Shown in pieces: positions 9,223 to 18,161 of a DNA stretch of 24,710 nucleotides. Positions within the stretch are counted from its first letter, which is position 1; the number at the start of each line of letters is the position of its first letter. The notes under the pieces are model-generated. The model saw only the letters and a program-made list of their open reading frames with translations. It had not been told where the DNA came from and did not search any database. Source of the stretch: Candidatus Eiseniibacteriota bacterium (GTDB lineage: Bacteria; Eisenbacteria; RBG-16-71-46); assembly GCA_021414165.1 (NCBI GenBank), contig JAIOPA010000175.1:1-24710 (forward strand). The letters run 5' to 3'. A program made the position numbers and the translations under genes.

Positions 9223-11052
9223 CTAGCGCCGGCGACCGCGCCGGCCGTAGTCCGGCGAACGTCGCCGTCCGAAGTTGTCGAGCGCCTTCTCCATCTCATC
9301 GATGCGGGCCTCGCGCTCGGCCTCGGTCTCCTCGGGTTCCACCTCGGCCGGCGTCACATCGACGACCGGCGGCAGTTCGGGTTCCGGTTCGGGCTCGGGC
9401 TCGCGCTGAATGACGCGCGGGCTCGGGGCCTGTGCGACCGGCTCTTCGACCGGTCCCGGTGCAGGACCACTCGCGGGCGCGGGTGCAGCCGGCGTGTTGC
9501 GACGCCGGCCACGACCGAACGCCACGGGCTGCGGCCGCGGTGCTGCGGGTGCGGCAGGCTGGGGACGCGGCTCGGGCTCGGGTTCGTCGGCCATGCGCTC
9601 TTCGCGCACGGGCTGCGACCACGACCCGTCGTCGTCATCGTCGTCATCGTCATCGTCGCTGGCGACCACGGCCGGGGTGAACGTGCGGCCATGATCGTCG
9701 TTCGAGCGCGACTCACGGCGCGGCGCCTCGAGCGGCTCGGGCGTCTCGTCGTGATCATGCTCGTCGCCGGTGATCTCGCGCATCTCGGCCCGCACGGCCT
9801 CGACGAACGAATCGCGCTTCGCCTGACGCGCGTCGTCACTGGGCCGCGTGGCCGGCGTGTCGTCCTGCGGACTCGATGCGACCGCGTCGTCGTCGCTGTG
9901 CGGCGTGCGCTCGGTGCCCTCGGCATCGCGCGCGCCTCCCCGGCGGCGGCCACCGCGGCGGCGGCGACGGCGCGAACCACTCGCCGAGTCCTCGCCGTCT
10001 TCACGGTTGTCGTCACGCTCGTCATCGGTGTCGTCGCTCACGGGTGCCGGCAACTCGCGCACCGGCTCCGGACGGCTCACGGCCGCCGGACGCTCGGCCT
10101 CGGCGTCACGCGAACGGTCGCGGTCGCGATCGCGCCCACGGCCCCCGCGCTCGTCGTCGCGATCGCGGCCACCACGGCCACGCCGCGGCTCCCGCTCACG
10201 CGTCTCCTCGACCACGGCGACATCGACCTCGGCGTCGCCCTCCTCGCGCGTGCTGCGGCGCACCTTCTCGACCTTCTCGAGCGCGTCACGCGCCGCCGCC
10301 TGCTCGGCCTCCTTCTTGTTGTGACCGCGGCCTTCACCGAGCGTGCGCCGGCCGACCATGACCTCGACCATGAAATGCTTCGAGTGGTCCGGGCCGTACT
10401 CGCTGCGGATGCGGTACACCGGGTGCGTGCGGAACGCGTTCTGCACGTACTCCTGCAGGTGGCTCTTGTAGTTGGTGTGGCGCTTGTCCGACGTGATCGC
10501 GTCCGACTCGCTCAGCAGGTGCTGATGGATGAACGCACGCGCCGCCTCGAAGCCCTGGTCCAGGTAGATGGCACCCAGCACCGACTCGAACGCGTCGGCA
10601 AGGATCGACAGGCGCTGACGGCCGCCCGACTCGACCTCGGAATGGCTCATGAGCACGAAGCGCCCAAGGCCCATGCGCAGCGCACGCCGCGACAGGATCG
10701 CCTTGGAGACCAGCAGCGACTTGGTCTTGGTGAGCTGCCCCTCGTGCTCGTCGGGGTGACGGCGATACAGGTACTCGCTCGTCGTGAGGCCCAGCACAGA
10801 GTCGCCCAGGAACTCGAGACGCTCGTTGGATTCGCGCGGCCCCTGCCCGGTGACACTGAGGTAGGAACGGTGCGTGAGCGCGAGCTTCAGGAGCGTGAGG
10901 TCGCGGAACGGGATGCTGTACTGGCGGCAGAACTCCGCGAGGACGCGCTGTTCCTGCGCCCCCAGGGCCTGCTCACGGCTCGCCTCGGGCTTGGGCGCCC
11001 GGACGAACAGTGACTTGAGCCAGCCGAAGAACGACGGCTTCGACGACTGCAC
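9223..11052 (-). CDS. rnc: Ribonuclease III with long disordered C-terminal extension (~609 aa)
   Basis: ALTHRSY, signature NERLEFLGDSVLG, ILADAFESVLGAIYLDQG, dsRBD (NYKSHLQEY...GPDHSKHF...GHNKKEAEQAAARDAL). GTG 11052 is the first in-frame start downstream of the fabF stop; start is uncertain. Confidence 0.92.
   Translation of the reverse strand: MQSSKPSFFGWLKSLFVRAPKPEASREQALGAQEQRVLAEFCRQYSIPFRDLTLLKLALTHRSYLSVTGQGPRESNERLEFLGDSVLGLTTSEYLYRRHPDEHEGQLTKTKSLLVSKAILSRRALRMGLGRFVLMSHSEVESGGRQRLSILADAFESVLGAIYLDQGFEAARAFIHQHLLSESDAITSDKRHTNYKSHLQEYVQNAFRTHPVYRIRSEYGPDHSKHFMVEVMVGRRTLGEGRGHNKKEAEQAAARDALEKVEKVRRSTREEGDAEVDVAVVEETREREPRRGRGGRDRDDERGGRGRDRDRDRSRDAEAERPAAVSRPEPVRELPAPVSDDTDDERDDNREDGEDSASGSRRRRRRGGRRRGGARDAEGTERTPHSDDDAVASSPQDDTPATRPSDDARQAKRDSFVEAVRAEMREITGDEHDHDETPEPLEAPRRESRSNDDHGRTFTPAVVASDDDDDDDDDDGSWSQPVREERMADEPEPEPRPQPAAPAAPRPQPVAFGRGRRRNTPAAPAPASGPAPGPVEEPVAQAPSPRVIQREPEPEPEPELPPVVDVTPAEVEPEETEAEREARIDEMEKALDNFGRRRSPDYGRRGRRR
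9628..9657 (-). repeat. GAC/GAT tandem run encoding 10 consecutive Asp in the RNase III tail
   Basis: Plus strand gtcgtcgtcatcgtcgtcatcgtcatcgtc. Confidence 0.85.
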
Positions 11053-11111
11053 CTCGGGCTGTGGACGCGACTTGCGGCGTCCACGCCCACCACGACGGCG
11101 GCTACGGGCCT

Positions 11112-12359
11112 TTACGACACGGCCCGCATCACCAGACTGACGTTGTGTCCGCCGAACCCAAAGGAGTTCGACATCACGGCCTTCAACTTCGCGTTCCGGG
11201 CCGTATTCGGAACCAGATCGAGATCGCATTGGGGATCCGGTGTCTCTAGATTGATGGTCGGTGGAACGACCCCCCGCTGCAGGGCGAGCGCGCACACGAC
11301 GGCCTCGAGGCCGCCGGCAGCACCGAGCAGATGTCCGGTCATGGACTTGGTGGAACCCATCCAGAGGGAGCGAGCAAGCTCGCCGAAGACCGTCTTGACG
11401 GCGGTCACCTCGATGGGGTCCCCGGCCGGCGTGGAAGTGCCATGGGCGTTGATGTATCCCACCTCGTCCAGCGGTTGGGCGGCGTCGGCGAGCGCGCGCT
11501 TCATGGCGCGCGCCGCGCCTTCCCCGTCCACACATGGGCTGGTCATATGGTAGGCATCGCCCGAGGCGCCGTAGCCCGCGAGCTCACAGATCAGATTGGC
11601 GCCGCGAGCTTTCGCGTGCGCCTCCGTCTCGAGCACGAGCATCCCGGCTCCCTCGCCGATCACGAATCCGTCTCGTCCGGTGTCGAACGGGCGGCTCGCA
11701 TGCTGGGGGTCGTCATTACGAGTGGAGAGTGCGCGCATGTTGCCGAAGCCGGCCACCGCCATGGGCGTGATGGTCGCTTCTGCCCCGCCGCACAGGATGA
11801 CATCCGCGTCGCCGGCCCGCAGCAACCGGAGCGCCTCGCCAATGGCGTGGGCGCCCGATGCACATGCGGACACGGTGCCGAAGTTGGGGCCCTTGAGCCC
11901 GAACTGGATCGACACCTGACCGGCGGCCATGTCGGAGATCATCATGGGGATGAAGAACGGGCTGACGCGGCGATGGCCCTTCGTCATGAGCGCAGTATGC
12001 TGCTCCTCGAAGGTCTCCATGCCGCCGATGCCACTGCCCACGATGACGCCGATCCGCTCGGGGTCGGGGCGATTGTCCCCGAGACCTGCGGACCGCAGCG
12101 CTTCGTGCGAGGCCACGACCGCGAACTGGACGAAGCGATCCATCCGCTTCGCCTCCTTGCGATCGAGGATGCCCTCGAACGAGAAGTCCTTCACCTCGCA
12201 CGCGAAACGCGTCTCGTAATCAGACGCGTCGAACCGCGTGATGGGTCCGGCGCCGGACTTCCCGCTGACCAGGCTCTGCCAGCATTCCTCGACGTTATTC
12301 CCGACCGGCGAGACTACTCCCGCTCCGGTCACGAACACGCGTGGGGCGTTGCCGTTCAT
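11112..12359 (-). CDS. fabF: 3-oxoacyl-ACP synthase II
   Basis: RVFVTGAG, SACASG (catalytic Cys), INAHGTSTPAGD, KSMTGHLLGAAG, SNSFGFGGHN. ATG 12359 has better spacing to AGGAGA than ATG 12368. Confidence 0.97.
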   Translation of the reverse strand: MNGNAPRVFVTGAGVVSPVGNNVEECWQSLVSGKSGAGPITRFDASDYETRFACEVKDFSFEGILDRKEAKRMDRFVQFAVVASHEALRSAGLGDNRPDPERIGVIVGSGIGGMETFEEQHTALMTKGHRRVSPFFIPMMISDMAAGQVSIQFGLKGPNFGTVSACASGAHAIGEALRLLRAGDADVILCGGAEATITPMAVAGFGNMRALSTRNDDPQHASRPFDTGRDGFVIGEGAGMLVLETEAHAKARGANLICELAGYGASGDAYHMTSPCVDGEGAARAMKRALADAAQPLDEVGYINAHGTSTPAGDPIEVTAVKTVFGELARSLWMGSTKSMTGHLLGAAGGLEAVVCALALQRGVVPPTINLETPDPQCDLDLVPNTARNAKLKAVMSNSFGFGGHNVSLVMRAVS

Positions 12360-12480
12360 GCGTCGCATCTCTCCTGGGAAAGGGATCCGGAGGTTCCGTG
12401 CGTCCCCGCGCCGGCCCAGCCGCGTGAAGCGGCTCTGGTGGCGGCGCGGGAGCCCGGGCCTCCGAGGCGGCCCAGCAAGG

Positions 12481-12723
12481 TCACTTGGCCGCGTGCTGCT
12501 GCAGGTAGTTCAGTGCATCACCGACGGTCTTCATCTTGTCTGCATCCTCGTCGGGGATGTCGATGCCGAACTCTTCTTCGAGCGCCATGACCAACTCGAC
12601 GATGTCGAGCGAGTCCGCACCCAGGTCCTCGATGAACTTCGCCTCGGGCGCGAGCTGCTTCACATCGACCTCGAGCTCCTTGGCGATGATCTCCTTGACC
12701 TTGCCTTCATCGAACGCTGCCAT
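12481..12723 (-). CDS. acpP: Acyl carrier protein
   Basis: [29 protein letters not shown]; strong SD AAGGAGG. Confidence 0.98.
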   Translation of the reverse strand: MAAFDEGKVKEIIAKELEVDVKQLAPEAKFIEDLGADSLDIVELVMALEEEFGIDIPDEDADKMKTVGDALNYLQQHAAK

Positions 12724-12759
12724 GATGGATGTCCCTCCTTGTTTGGGGATTCGAACTGC

Positions 12760-13542
12760 TTATTCCATGACCATGCCACCGTCGACCGTCCAGGTCTGAC
12801 CGGTGACGTATCCCGCGCGCGGAGACGCGAGGAACGCGATGACCTCCGCCACGTCCTCGGGAGTGCCGAGGCGGCCCAGCGGGATGCGGGCCTTGAGCTC
12901 CGTCTGCGCCGCTTCCGGCAATGCAGACGTCATATCGGTGGTGATGTAACCGGGGCACACGGCGTTGACCGTGATGCCGCGCGAGGCGATCTCACGCGCG
13001 AGCGACTTGGTGAAGCCCAACAGGCCCGCCTTGCTCGCCGCATAGTTCGTCTGGCCGGCGTTGCCCATGAGGCCCACCACCGACGACACGTTGATGATGC
13101 GCCCGGAACGGGCCTTCATCATGGAGCGCGCGACCGCCCTGCAGCAACGGAACGCACCCGCGAGGTTCGTGTCGAGCACCTCGCTCCACTGATCGTCGGT
13201 CATGCGCATGAACAAGCCATCGCGCGTGAGACCGGCGTTGTTCACCAGGATGTCGACACGGCCCAACTGCTCGAGGGCCTGACCGAACGCGGCGTCGACG
13301 GATTCCGTCTTGGAGATATCGGCGGCGAACGCGTGCGCCGCACCACCATCGGTGCGGATCGCGGCGGCGGCATCCTCGGCGCGCGCATGATTGCGCGCGA
13401 AGATCGCCACCGTGGCGCCACGCGCAGCCAGTGCGCGCGAGACCGCGAGGCCGATGCCGGTGGCACCGCCGGTCACGAACGCGACCTGAGTGGCGAGCTC
13501 CTTGGCGGGCGCGACCGCGGGTGCCATCTGCGTCTCGCTCAT
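12760..13542 (-). CDS. fabG: 3-oxoacyl-ACP reductase
   Basis: [29 protein letters not shown]; ATGA overlap with the fabD stop. Confidence 0.96.
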   Translation of the reverse strand: MSETQMAPAVAPAKELATQVAFVTGGATGIGLAVSRALAARGATVAIFARNHARAEDAAAAIRTDGGAAHAFAADISKTESVDAAFGQALEQLGRVDILVNNAGLTRDGLFMRMTDDQWSEVLDTNLAGAFRCCRAVARSMMKARSGRIINVSSVVGLMGNAGQTNYAASKAGLLGFTKSLAREIASRGITVNAVCPGYITTDMTSALPEAAQTELKARIPLGRLGTPEDVAEVIAFLASPRAGYVTGQTWTVDGGMVME

Positions 13543-14486
13543 GCAGTCCTCCCGGCCGCTTCGAGCGCGGCCTTGGTGGCGGTGAGGCTGTCGGGGTCTT
13601 CCACGTTCCAGCTGGTGGCCGTGCTGTCGATGGTGCGCAGGAGACCGCGCAGCACCTTGCCGGTGCCCAACTCGACAAAGCCCTCGACGCCCTCGCTGCG
13701 CAGGAGCCGCATGGACTCCTCCCAGCGGACGCTCGCGAGCAACTGCTCCTCGAGCGCCGAGCGGATCTCGGCGGCCTTCTGCACGGGGCGCGCCCACGCG
13801 TTGCTCACGATGGGGCAGCGCGCATCGCGGATGGTGACCTTGGCTAAAGCGTCCTTGAGGCCTGCCGCAGCGGGCTCCATGAGCGGCGAGTGGAACGCGC
13901 CACTCACCTCGAGCTTGATCGCGCGCTTGGCGCCACGCGCCTTGGCCTTCTCGCATGCCAGATCGACCGCAGCCGGCTCGCCCGAGATGACCACCTGGCC
14001 AGGGGCGTTCAAGTTCGCGGCGCGCACGATACCGGCGCTCGCAGCCTCGGCGCACGCGGCCTCGACGTCCGCCGCCGACAAGCCGAGCACGGCCGCCATG
14101 GCGCCCGGCCGCGCGAGCCCGGCCTCGTACATGAGTTCGCCACGCGTGCGCGTGAGCGTGAGCGCGTCCTCGAACGCGAGCGCACCGGCGGCGACGCACG
14201 CGGAGTACTCGCCCAGGCTGTGGCCGGCCACGAAGTCGGGCGTCACGCCCGCGGCCTCGACCAGACGCCACGCGGCGACACTGTGCGTGAGCAGCGCAGG
14301 CTGCGTGTTCTTGCTCTTCTTGAGATCCTCGGCGGGACCGTTCCAGCACAGCTCGGTGAGCCCGAAGCCCAACACGCGGTCCGCGGTCGCGAACGTGTCA
14401 CGCGCGAGCGTGTTCGCATCGGCGAGCGCTTTGCCCATGCCGACGGCCTGGGCGCCCTGACCGGGGAACAGGAACGCGAGCTTCAC
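13539..14486 (-). CDS. fabD: Malonyl-CoA:ACP transacylase
   Basis: [37 protein letters not shown]; GTGA overlap with the fabH stop. Confidence 0.96.
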   Translation of the reverse strand: MKLAFLFPGQGAQAVGMGKALADANTLARDTFATADRVLGFGLTELCWNGPAEDLKKSKNTQPALLTHSVAAWRLVEAAGVTPDFVAGHSLGEYSACVAAGALAFEDALTLTRTRGELMYEAGLARPGAMAAVLGLSAADVEAACAEAASAGIVRAANLNAPGQVVISGEPAAVDLACEKAKARGAKRAIKLEVSGAFHSPLMEPAAAGLKDALAKVTIRDARCPIVSNAWARPVQKAAEIRSALEEQLLASVRWEESMRLLRSEGVEGFVELGTGKVLRGLLRTIDSTATSWNVEDPDSLTATKAALEAAGRTA

Positions 14487-15550
14487 GCCACGACCTCCTT
14501 GGCCGCACCGGTGATCAACGAGGCACGCATGGCGCGCTCGACCGGGATCGTCCACGTCATGGCCGCAGCGCCCCACGTGGCGCCGCCACCGAACGCAGCG
14601 ATGCCCAGCTTGTCGCCGGGCTTCAAGCGGCCCGTGCGCACGCATTCATCGAGCGCGATCGGGATGCTGGCCGACGACGTGTTGCCGTACTTCTCGATAT
14701 TCACGAACACCTTCTCGGTCGGCAGACCCAGACGCTCGCGCACGGCTTCGATGATGCGCAGGTTCGCCTGATGCGGCACGAGCAGGTCGAGGTCCGAGGG
14801 CGCCCAGCCCGACAACTCGGCGCAACGCCGCGTGGATTCCTCCATGCTGCGCACCGCGAACGGATAGAGCTTCTTGCCCTGCATGCGGATGAAGTGCTCG
14901 CGCGCGGCCACCGTGGCGTCACTGGCGGGATTGCGCGAGATACCGGCAGGCACCTCGAGCACTTCGCCCAGCTCGCCGTCGGAGTGCATGTCGATCGCGT
15001 GGATGCCCATGCCGGGCTCGCACGCCTGCAGCACCGCTGCGCCGGCGCCATCGCCGAACAGCACGCAGGTGTTGCGGTCGGTGTAATCCACGATGCGCGA
15101 CAGCGTCTCGACACCCACCACGAGCACGGTGTCGGACACGCCCGCGCCGATCAAGCCGCGGCCCAGGCCCATGCCGAACACGAAGCCGGTGCAGGCCGCG
15201 AACATGTCGTAGGCCGCTGCCTTGGTGGCGCCCAGCTTCTGCTGCAGCGTGCACGCGCACGACGGCAGGATGCGATCGGGCGTGGTGGTGGCGAGCACGA
15301 TCTGATCGACGTCCTTGGCCTCGACGCCGGCCATCTCGAGCGCGCGCTGGCAGGCGATCAACGCCTGGTCGCTCGAGGCCTGCTCGGGCGCAGCCTTGCG
15401 GCGCGCCTTGATGCCGGTGCGTTCGACGACCCACTCATCGGAGGTCTCGACCAGCTTGGCAAGGTCGTCGTTCGTGACGATCTGATCCGGCACGTACATA
15501 CCCGTGCCGGTGATGGTGGTGCCGCGGATGCCGTCAGGCCGCCGAGTCAT
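14483..15550 (-). CDS. fabH: 3-oxoacyl-ACP synthase III
   Basis: AACTGF (Cys), VLFGDGAGA, PHQANLRII (His), YGNTSSAS (Asn); start ATG 15550 overlaps the plsX end. Confidence 0.96.
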   Translation of the reverse strand: MTRRPDGIRGTTITGTGMYVPDQIVTNDDLAKLVETSDEWVVERTGIKARRKAAPEQASSDQALIACQRALEMAGVEAKDVDQIVLATTTPDRILPSCACTLQQKLGATKAAAYDMFAACTGFVFGMGLGRGLIGAGVSDTVLVVGVETLSRIVDYTDRNTCVLFGDGAGAAVLQACEPGMGIHAIDMHSDGELGEVLEVPAGISRNPASDATVAAREHFIRMQGKKLYPFAVRSMEESTRRCAELSGWAPSDLDLLVPHQANLRIIEAVRERLGLPTEKVFVNIEKYGNTSSASIPIALDECVRTGRLKPGDKLGIAAFGGGATWGAAAMTWTIPVERAMRASLITGAAKEVVA

Positions 15551-16556
15551 GATCGGACTGGATCTCCTCGCGGATATGTTCGTTGACCTTCTGCTCGACG
15601 AACGTGGTGAGCGTGCGGATCGCGCTGCGGAACGCGCGCGGGCCGCTCGAACCATGCCCGATGAAGCAGACTCCGTTGACGCCCAGCAGTGGGGCTGCGC
15701 CGTACTCCTGCCAATCGATACGCGCGCGCAGACGATCGAGCGCGCCCTTCATGAACAGCGCGCCGACCATGGCGAGCGGATCGCGCTTGATCTCGGCCTT
15801 GACCGAGCGGCCGAGGAACGTGGCCGCGCTCTCGGCGGTCTTGAGCAGCACGTTGCCCGTGAAGCCATCGGCGACCATGACGTCGCACGTGCCCTTGAAC
15901 AGGTCACGGCCCTCGACGGGCCCGATGAAGTTGAGACCGCGCGCCGCCTTGATGAGCGGGATCGTCTCCTGCACGAGCGCGTTGCCCTTGGACTCCTCTT
16001 CGCCGATCGACAGCAGACCGACGCGGACGTCCTGACGCTCGAGCAGGAAGCGCGCATACACCGCGCCCATATGCGCGAACTGCACGAGCCACGGCGCCTT
16101 CACCTCGGCGTTGGCGCCGACGTCCAGGACGACCGTGCCATTCTCCGAGTTGGGGATGAACGCCGCCAGAGCGGGGCGCGACACGCCCTCGAGACGCCCG
16201 AGACCCAATAGCGCACTCGCCACCACAGCGCCGGTGTTACCTGCGCTGAAGATGGCGTCCAGCTCACGCTCCTTGTGGAGTTGCGTGAGCACACCGAGGG
16301 AGGTGCCGGCCTTCCGTGCCGCGGCGGCCGCCTTGGCGCCCATGTCGACCTTCTCGGCCGCGTGGACGATGCGCACCTGCGACTCGCTGACCCGGGCGCG
16401 CTTGAGCGCAGCCCGGATCTCGGTCTGGTCTCCGACGAGGGTGAGCGCAAAACGCCCAGGCCACTCGCGGAGTGCGAGCGCGGCGCCTTCGGCCACCGGT
16501 AAGGGGCCGAAGTCGCCTCCCATCGCATCAATCCCGATGCGCGGGATAGAGGTCAT
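15534..16556 (-). CDS. plsX: Phosphate acyltransferase PlsX
   Basis: IGIDAMGGDFGP, SAGNTGA, RPAL, LDVGAN, DGFTGNVLLKTAE, GAAPLLGVNG, HGSS. Confidence 0.97.
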   Translation of the reverse strand: MTSIPRIGIDAMGGDFGPLPVAEGAALALREWPGRFALTLVGDQTEIRAALKRARVSESQVRIVHAAEKVDMGAKAAAAARKAGTSLGVLTQLHKERELDAIFSAGNTGAVVASALLGLGRLEGVSRPALAAFIPNSENGTVVLDVGANAEVKAPWLVQFAHMGAVYARFLLERQDVRVGLLSIGEEESKGNALVQETIPLIKAARGLNFIGPVEGRDLFKGTCDVMVADGFTGNVLLKTAESAATFLGRSVKAEIKRDPLAMVGALFMKGALDRLRARIDWQEYGAAPLLGVNGVCFIGHGSSGPRAFRSAIRTLTTFVEQKVNEHIREEIQSDHDSAA

Positions 16557-16571
16557 GAAGAGCGTCCGTCG

Positions 16572-16754
16572 CTAGACTTCGCGCGACGGGCCGACCTGTT
16601 CACCCTTGTAGTAGCCACACGTCCCGCAGATGCGGTGCGGGACCTGAGGGGACCCGCAGTGGGCGCACTTCGAAAGGCCCGGCTTGCCGAGCTTCCAGTG
16701 GGTGCGCCGCTTCTTGCCGCGCGTGTGCGAGTGACGTCGCTTCGGAACCGCCAT
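16572..16754 (-). CDS. rpmF: 50S ribosomal protein L32 (zinc-ribbon form)
   Basis: MAVPKRRHS...CAHC...PHRICGTCGYY; SD GGAGG. Confidence 0.97.
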   Translation of the reverse strand: MAVPKRRHSHTRGKKRRTHWKLGKPGLSKCAHCGSPQVPHRICGTCGYYKGEQVGPSREV

Positions 16755-16797
16755 GACGCTTCAACCTCCGTTGGCCGGAACGATGCCCCTGTGTGGC

Positions 16798-17280
16798 TCA
16801 GTCGTCGGCCTGGGGCGTGCAACCGCACGGTCCCAGCGACAACTCGGCACCACAACTCGGGCACAGCCCCGGACAGTCCTCCCGGCAATAGGGAGTGATC
16901 GGCAACTCCAACAGCAGGGCCTCGCGCACCGCTTCGCGCAGGTCCAACCGCCGGCCATCGTGGAACAACATGTGATCGTCGCGCTCGAGTTGGTCCTGCT
17001 CCTCACGCGACGTACTACCGGTCCGTTCTGCGTAAATCACCATCGGCACTTCGAGCGGGAGGTCGAACTCCCGCAGGCAGCGCACGCACTCGAGGTGGGC
17101 CCGGGACTGCACCGAGCCTCGCACGGTCACCCGCGCGCCCGACTGTTCAATCACGAACGTGCCGCGAACTTGTTCGCGCCATTCGGGTTGCAACAGTCCG
17201 ACGTCGGACGCCGCGGCCTCTTCCTCCGTCCGGTCCATGCCCGGGCGGAAGGTGGCGAGATCGAGGACGAATCCGGTCAT
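16798..17280 (-). CDS. yceD: DUF177 / YceD family protein
   Basis: CVRCL, LDLREAVREALLLELP, CREDCPGLCPSCG; canonical position upstream of rpmF-plsX. Confidence 0.9.
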   Translation of the reverse strand: MTGFVLDLATFRPGMDRTEEEAAASDVGLLQPEWREQVRGTFVIEQSGARVTVRGSVQSRAHLECVRCLREFDLPLEVPMVIYAERTGSTSREEQDQLERDDHMLFHDGRRLDLREAVREALLLELPITPYCREDCPGLCPSCGAELSLGPCGCTPQADD

Positions 17281-17289
17281 ACCGACAAA

Positions 17290-17308
17290 GGACGGCCGGT
17301 GGCCGTCC
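17290..17308. promoter_or_regulatory. 8-bp stem hairpin just upstream of the yceD start
   Basis: ggacggcc-ggt-ggccgtcc. A -10-like TATGCT lies at 17329-17334 (minus) with no good -35. Confidence 0.4.
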
Positions 17309-17365
17309 CCCTCAAACGAGCAAAAACTAGCATAGGGCCTTCGGTACCGTCCACCCCGGCGAATC

Positions 17366-17399
17366 CGGAGGGGGCACCCGGGTCCGGATGCCCCCTCCG
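17366..17399 (-). terminator. 11-bp inverted repeat downstream of ndk (putative terminator or stabilising hairpin)
   Basis: cggagggggca (17366-17376) / tgccccctccg (17389-17399); no U-tract. Confidence 0.55.
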
Positions 17400-17416
17400 T
17401 TCGCCCGCGGGTGAAC

Positions 17417-17839
17417 TCAATGCGACAGCGCCGCGACGCCGAAGAACAGCTTCACCTCGCGCTCCGCCGAGGGAACGCTGTCCGAGGCGTGGACCGAGTT
17501 GCGGCCCTTGGACTCGGCGAAAAGCTTGCGGATCGTGCCCTCGGCCGCGGCGGCCGGGTCCGTGGCGCCGATGACCTCGCGCAGCTTGGCCACGGCACCC
17601 TCGCGCTCCAGGCAGCAGAGCATGACCGGGGCAGACGTCATGAAGTCCACGAGCTCCGGGAAGAAGCCCTTGCCGACGTGCTCGGCGTAGAACTCGTTGC
17701 ACTGCTCGCGGGTCAGGCGGGTGTAGCGCGCCTCGACCAGCTTGAAGCCCTCGCCCTCGACGTGGGCGATGATCTTGCCGACCAGGTTACGGGTGGTCGC
17801 GTCCGGCTTGACGATGAACAGCGTACGTTCGATGGCCAC
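17417..17839 (-). CDS. ndk: Nucleoside diphosphate kinase
   Basis: GTG start with SD AAGGAG; [33 protein letters not shown] (catalytic His). Embedded in the ORF-track entry 17417..18475. Confidence 0.97.
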   Translation of the reverse strand: MAIERTLFIVKPDATTRNLVGKIIAHVEGEGFKLVEARYTRLTREQCNEFYAEHVGKGFFPELVDFMTSAPVMLCCLEREGAVAKLREVIGATDPAAAAEGTIRKLFAESKGRNSVHASDSVPSAEREVKLFFGVAALSH

Positions 17840-17930
17840 GGAGAGTCTCCTTGAAGCGGCAGCCGCTGGGGCGCCGCGCTGTTGGTGCGTGGGGTGAGTG
17901 CCGGCCCCGTGGAGACGGGACCGGTGGAGT

Positions 17931-18161
17931 CTACTTCTTGTTGCGGGCCGCTGCCTTGGCCGGCTGCTTGGAAGCCTTCTTGGCGACCTTCTTGGCCGGC
18001 TTGGGGGCGGGCTTGGACTTCTTGGCCGGCTTGGCCGCCGCCTTCTTGGCGGGGGCAGCCTTCTTGGCCGGCGCGGCCTTCTTCGGAGCCGCCTTCTTGG
18101 CAGGCGCCGCCTTCTTGGCCGGAGCCGCCTTGGCCGGGGCCTTCTTCGCAGCTCCCTTGGC
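17931..18161 (-). repeat. Imperfect (A)KKAAP peptide repeats (~18-nt unit) forming the SucD tail
   Basis: Repeated gccttcttggc on the plus strand with variable third codon positions. Confidence 0.9.

Noticed and set aside
12369-12480. Hairpins between acpP and fabF (e.g. agccgc-ttcac-gcggct) as a regulatory RNA
   Set aside because: Short GC stems expected by chance; at most ordinary mRNA-stability elements setting the ACP:FabF ratio.
11112-16556. fab cluster as a secondary-metabolite (type II PKS) locus
   Set aside because: Order yceD-rpmF-plsX-fabH-fabD-fabG-acpP-fabF-rnc is the canonical primary fatty-acid operon; no chain-length factor or tailoring genes.
16755-16830. Possible truncation or frameshift of DUF177, which lacks the usual DPRW-type C-terminal motif
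   Set aside because: Neither alternative frame restores the motif, all Cys motifs are present, and spacing to rpmF is normal; most likely a natural short variant.
17931-18161. Repeated gccttcttggc units as a CRISPR array or mobile repeat
   Set aside because: In-frame coding repeats without unique spacers; no cas genes in the window.
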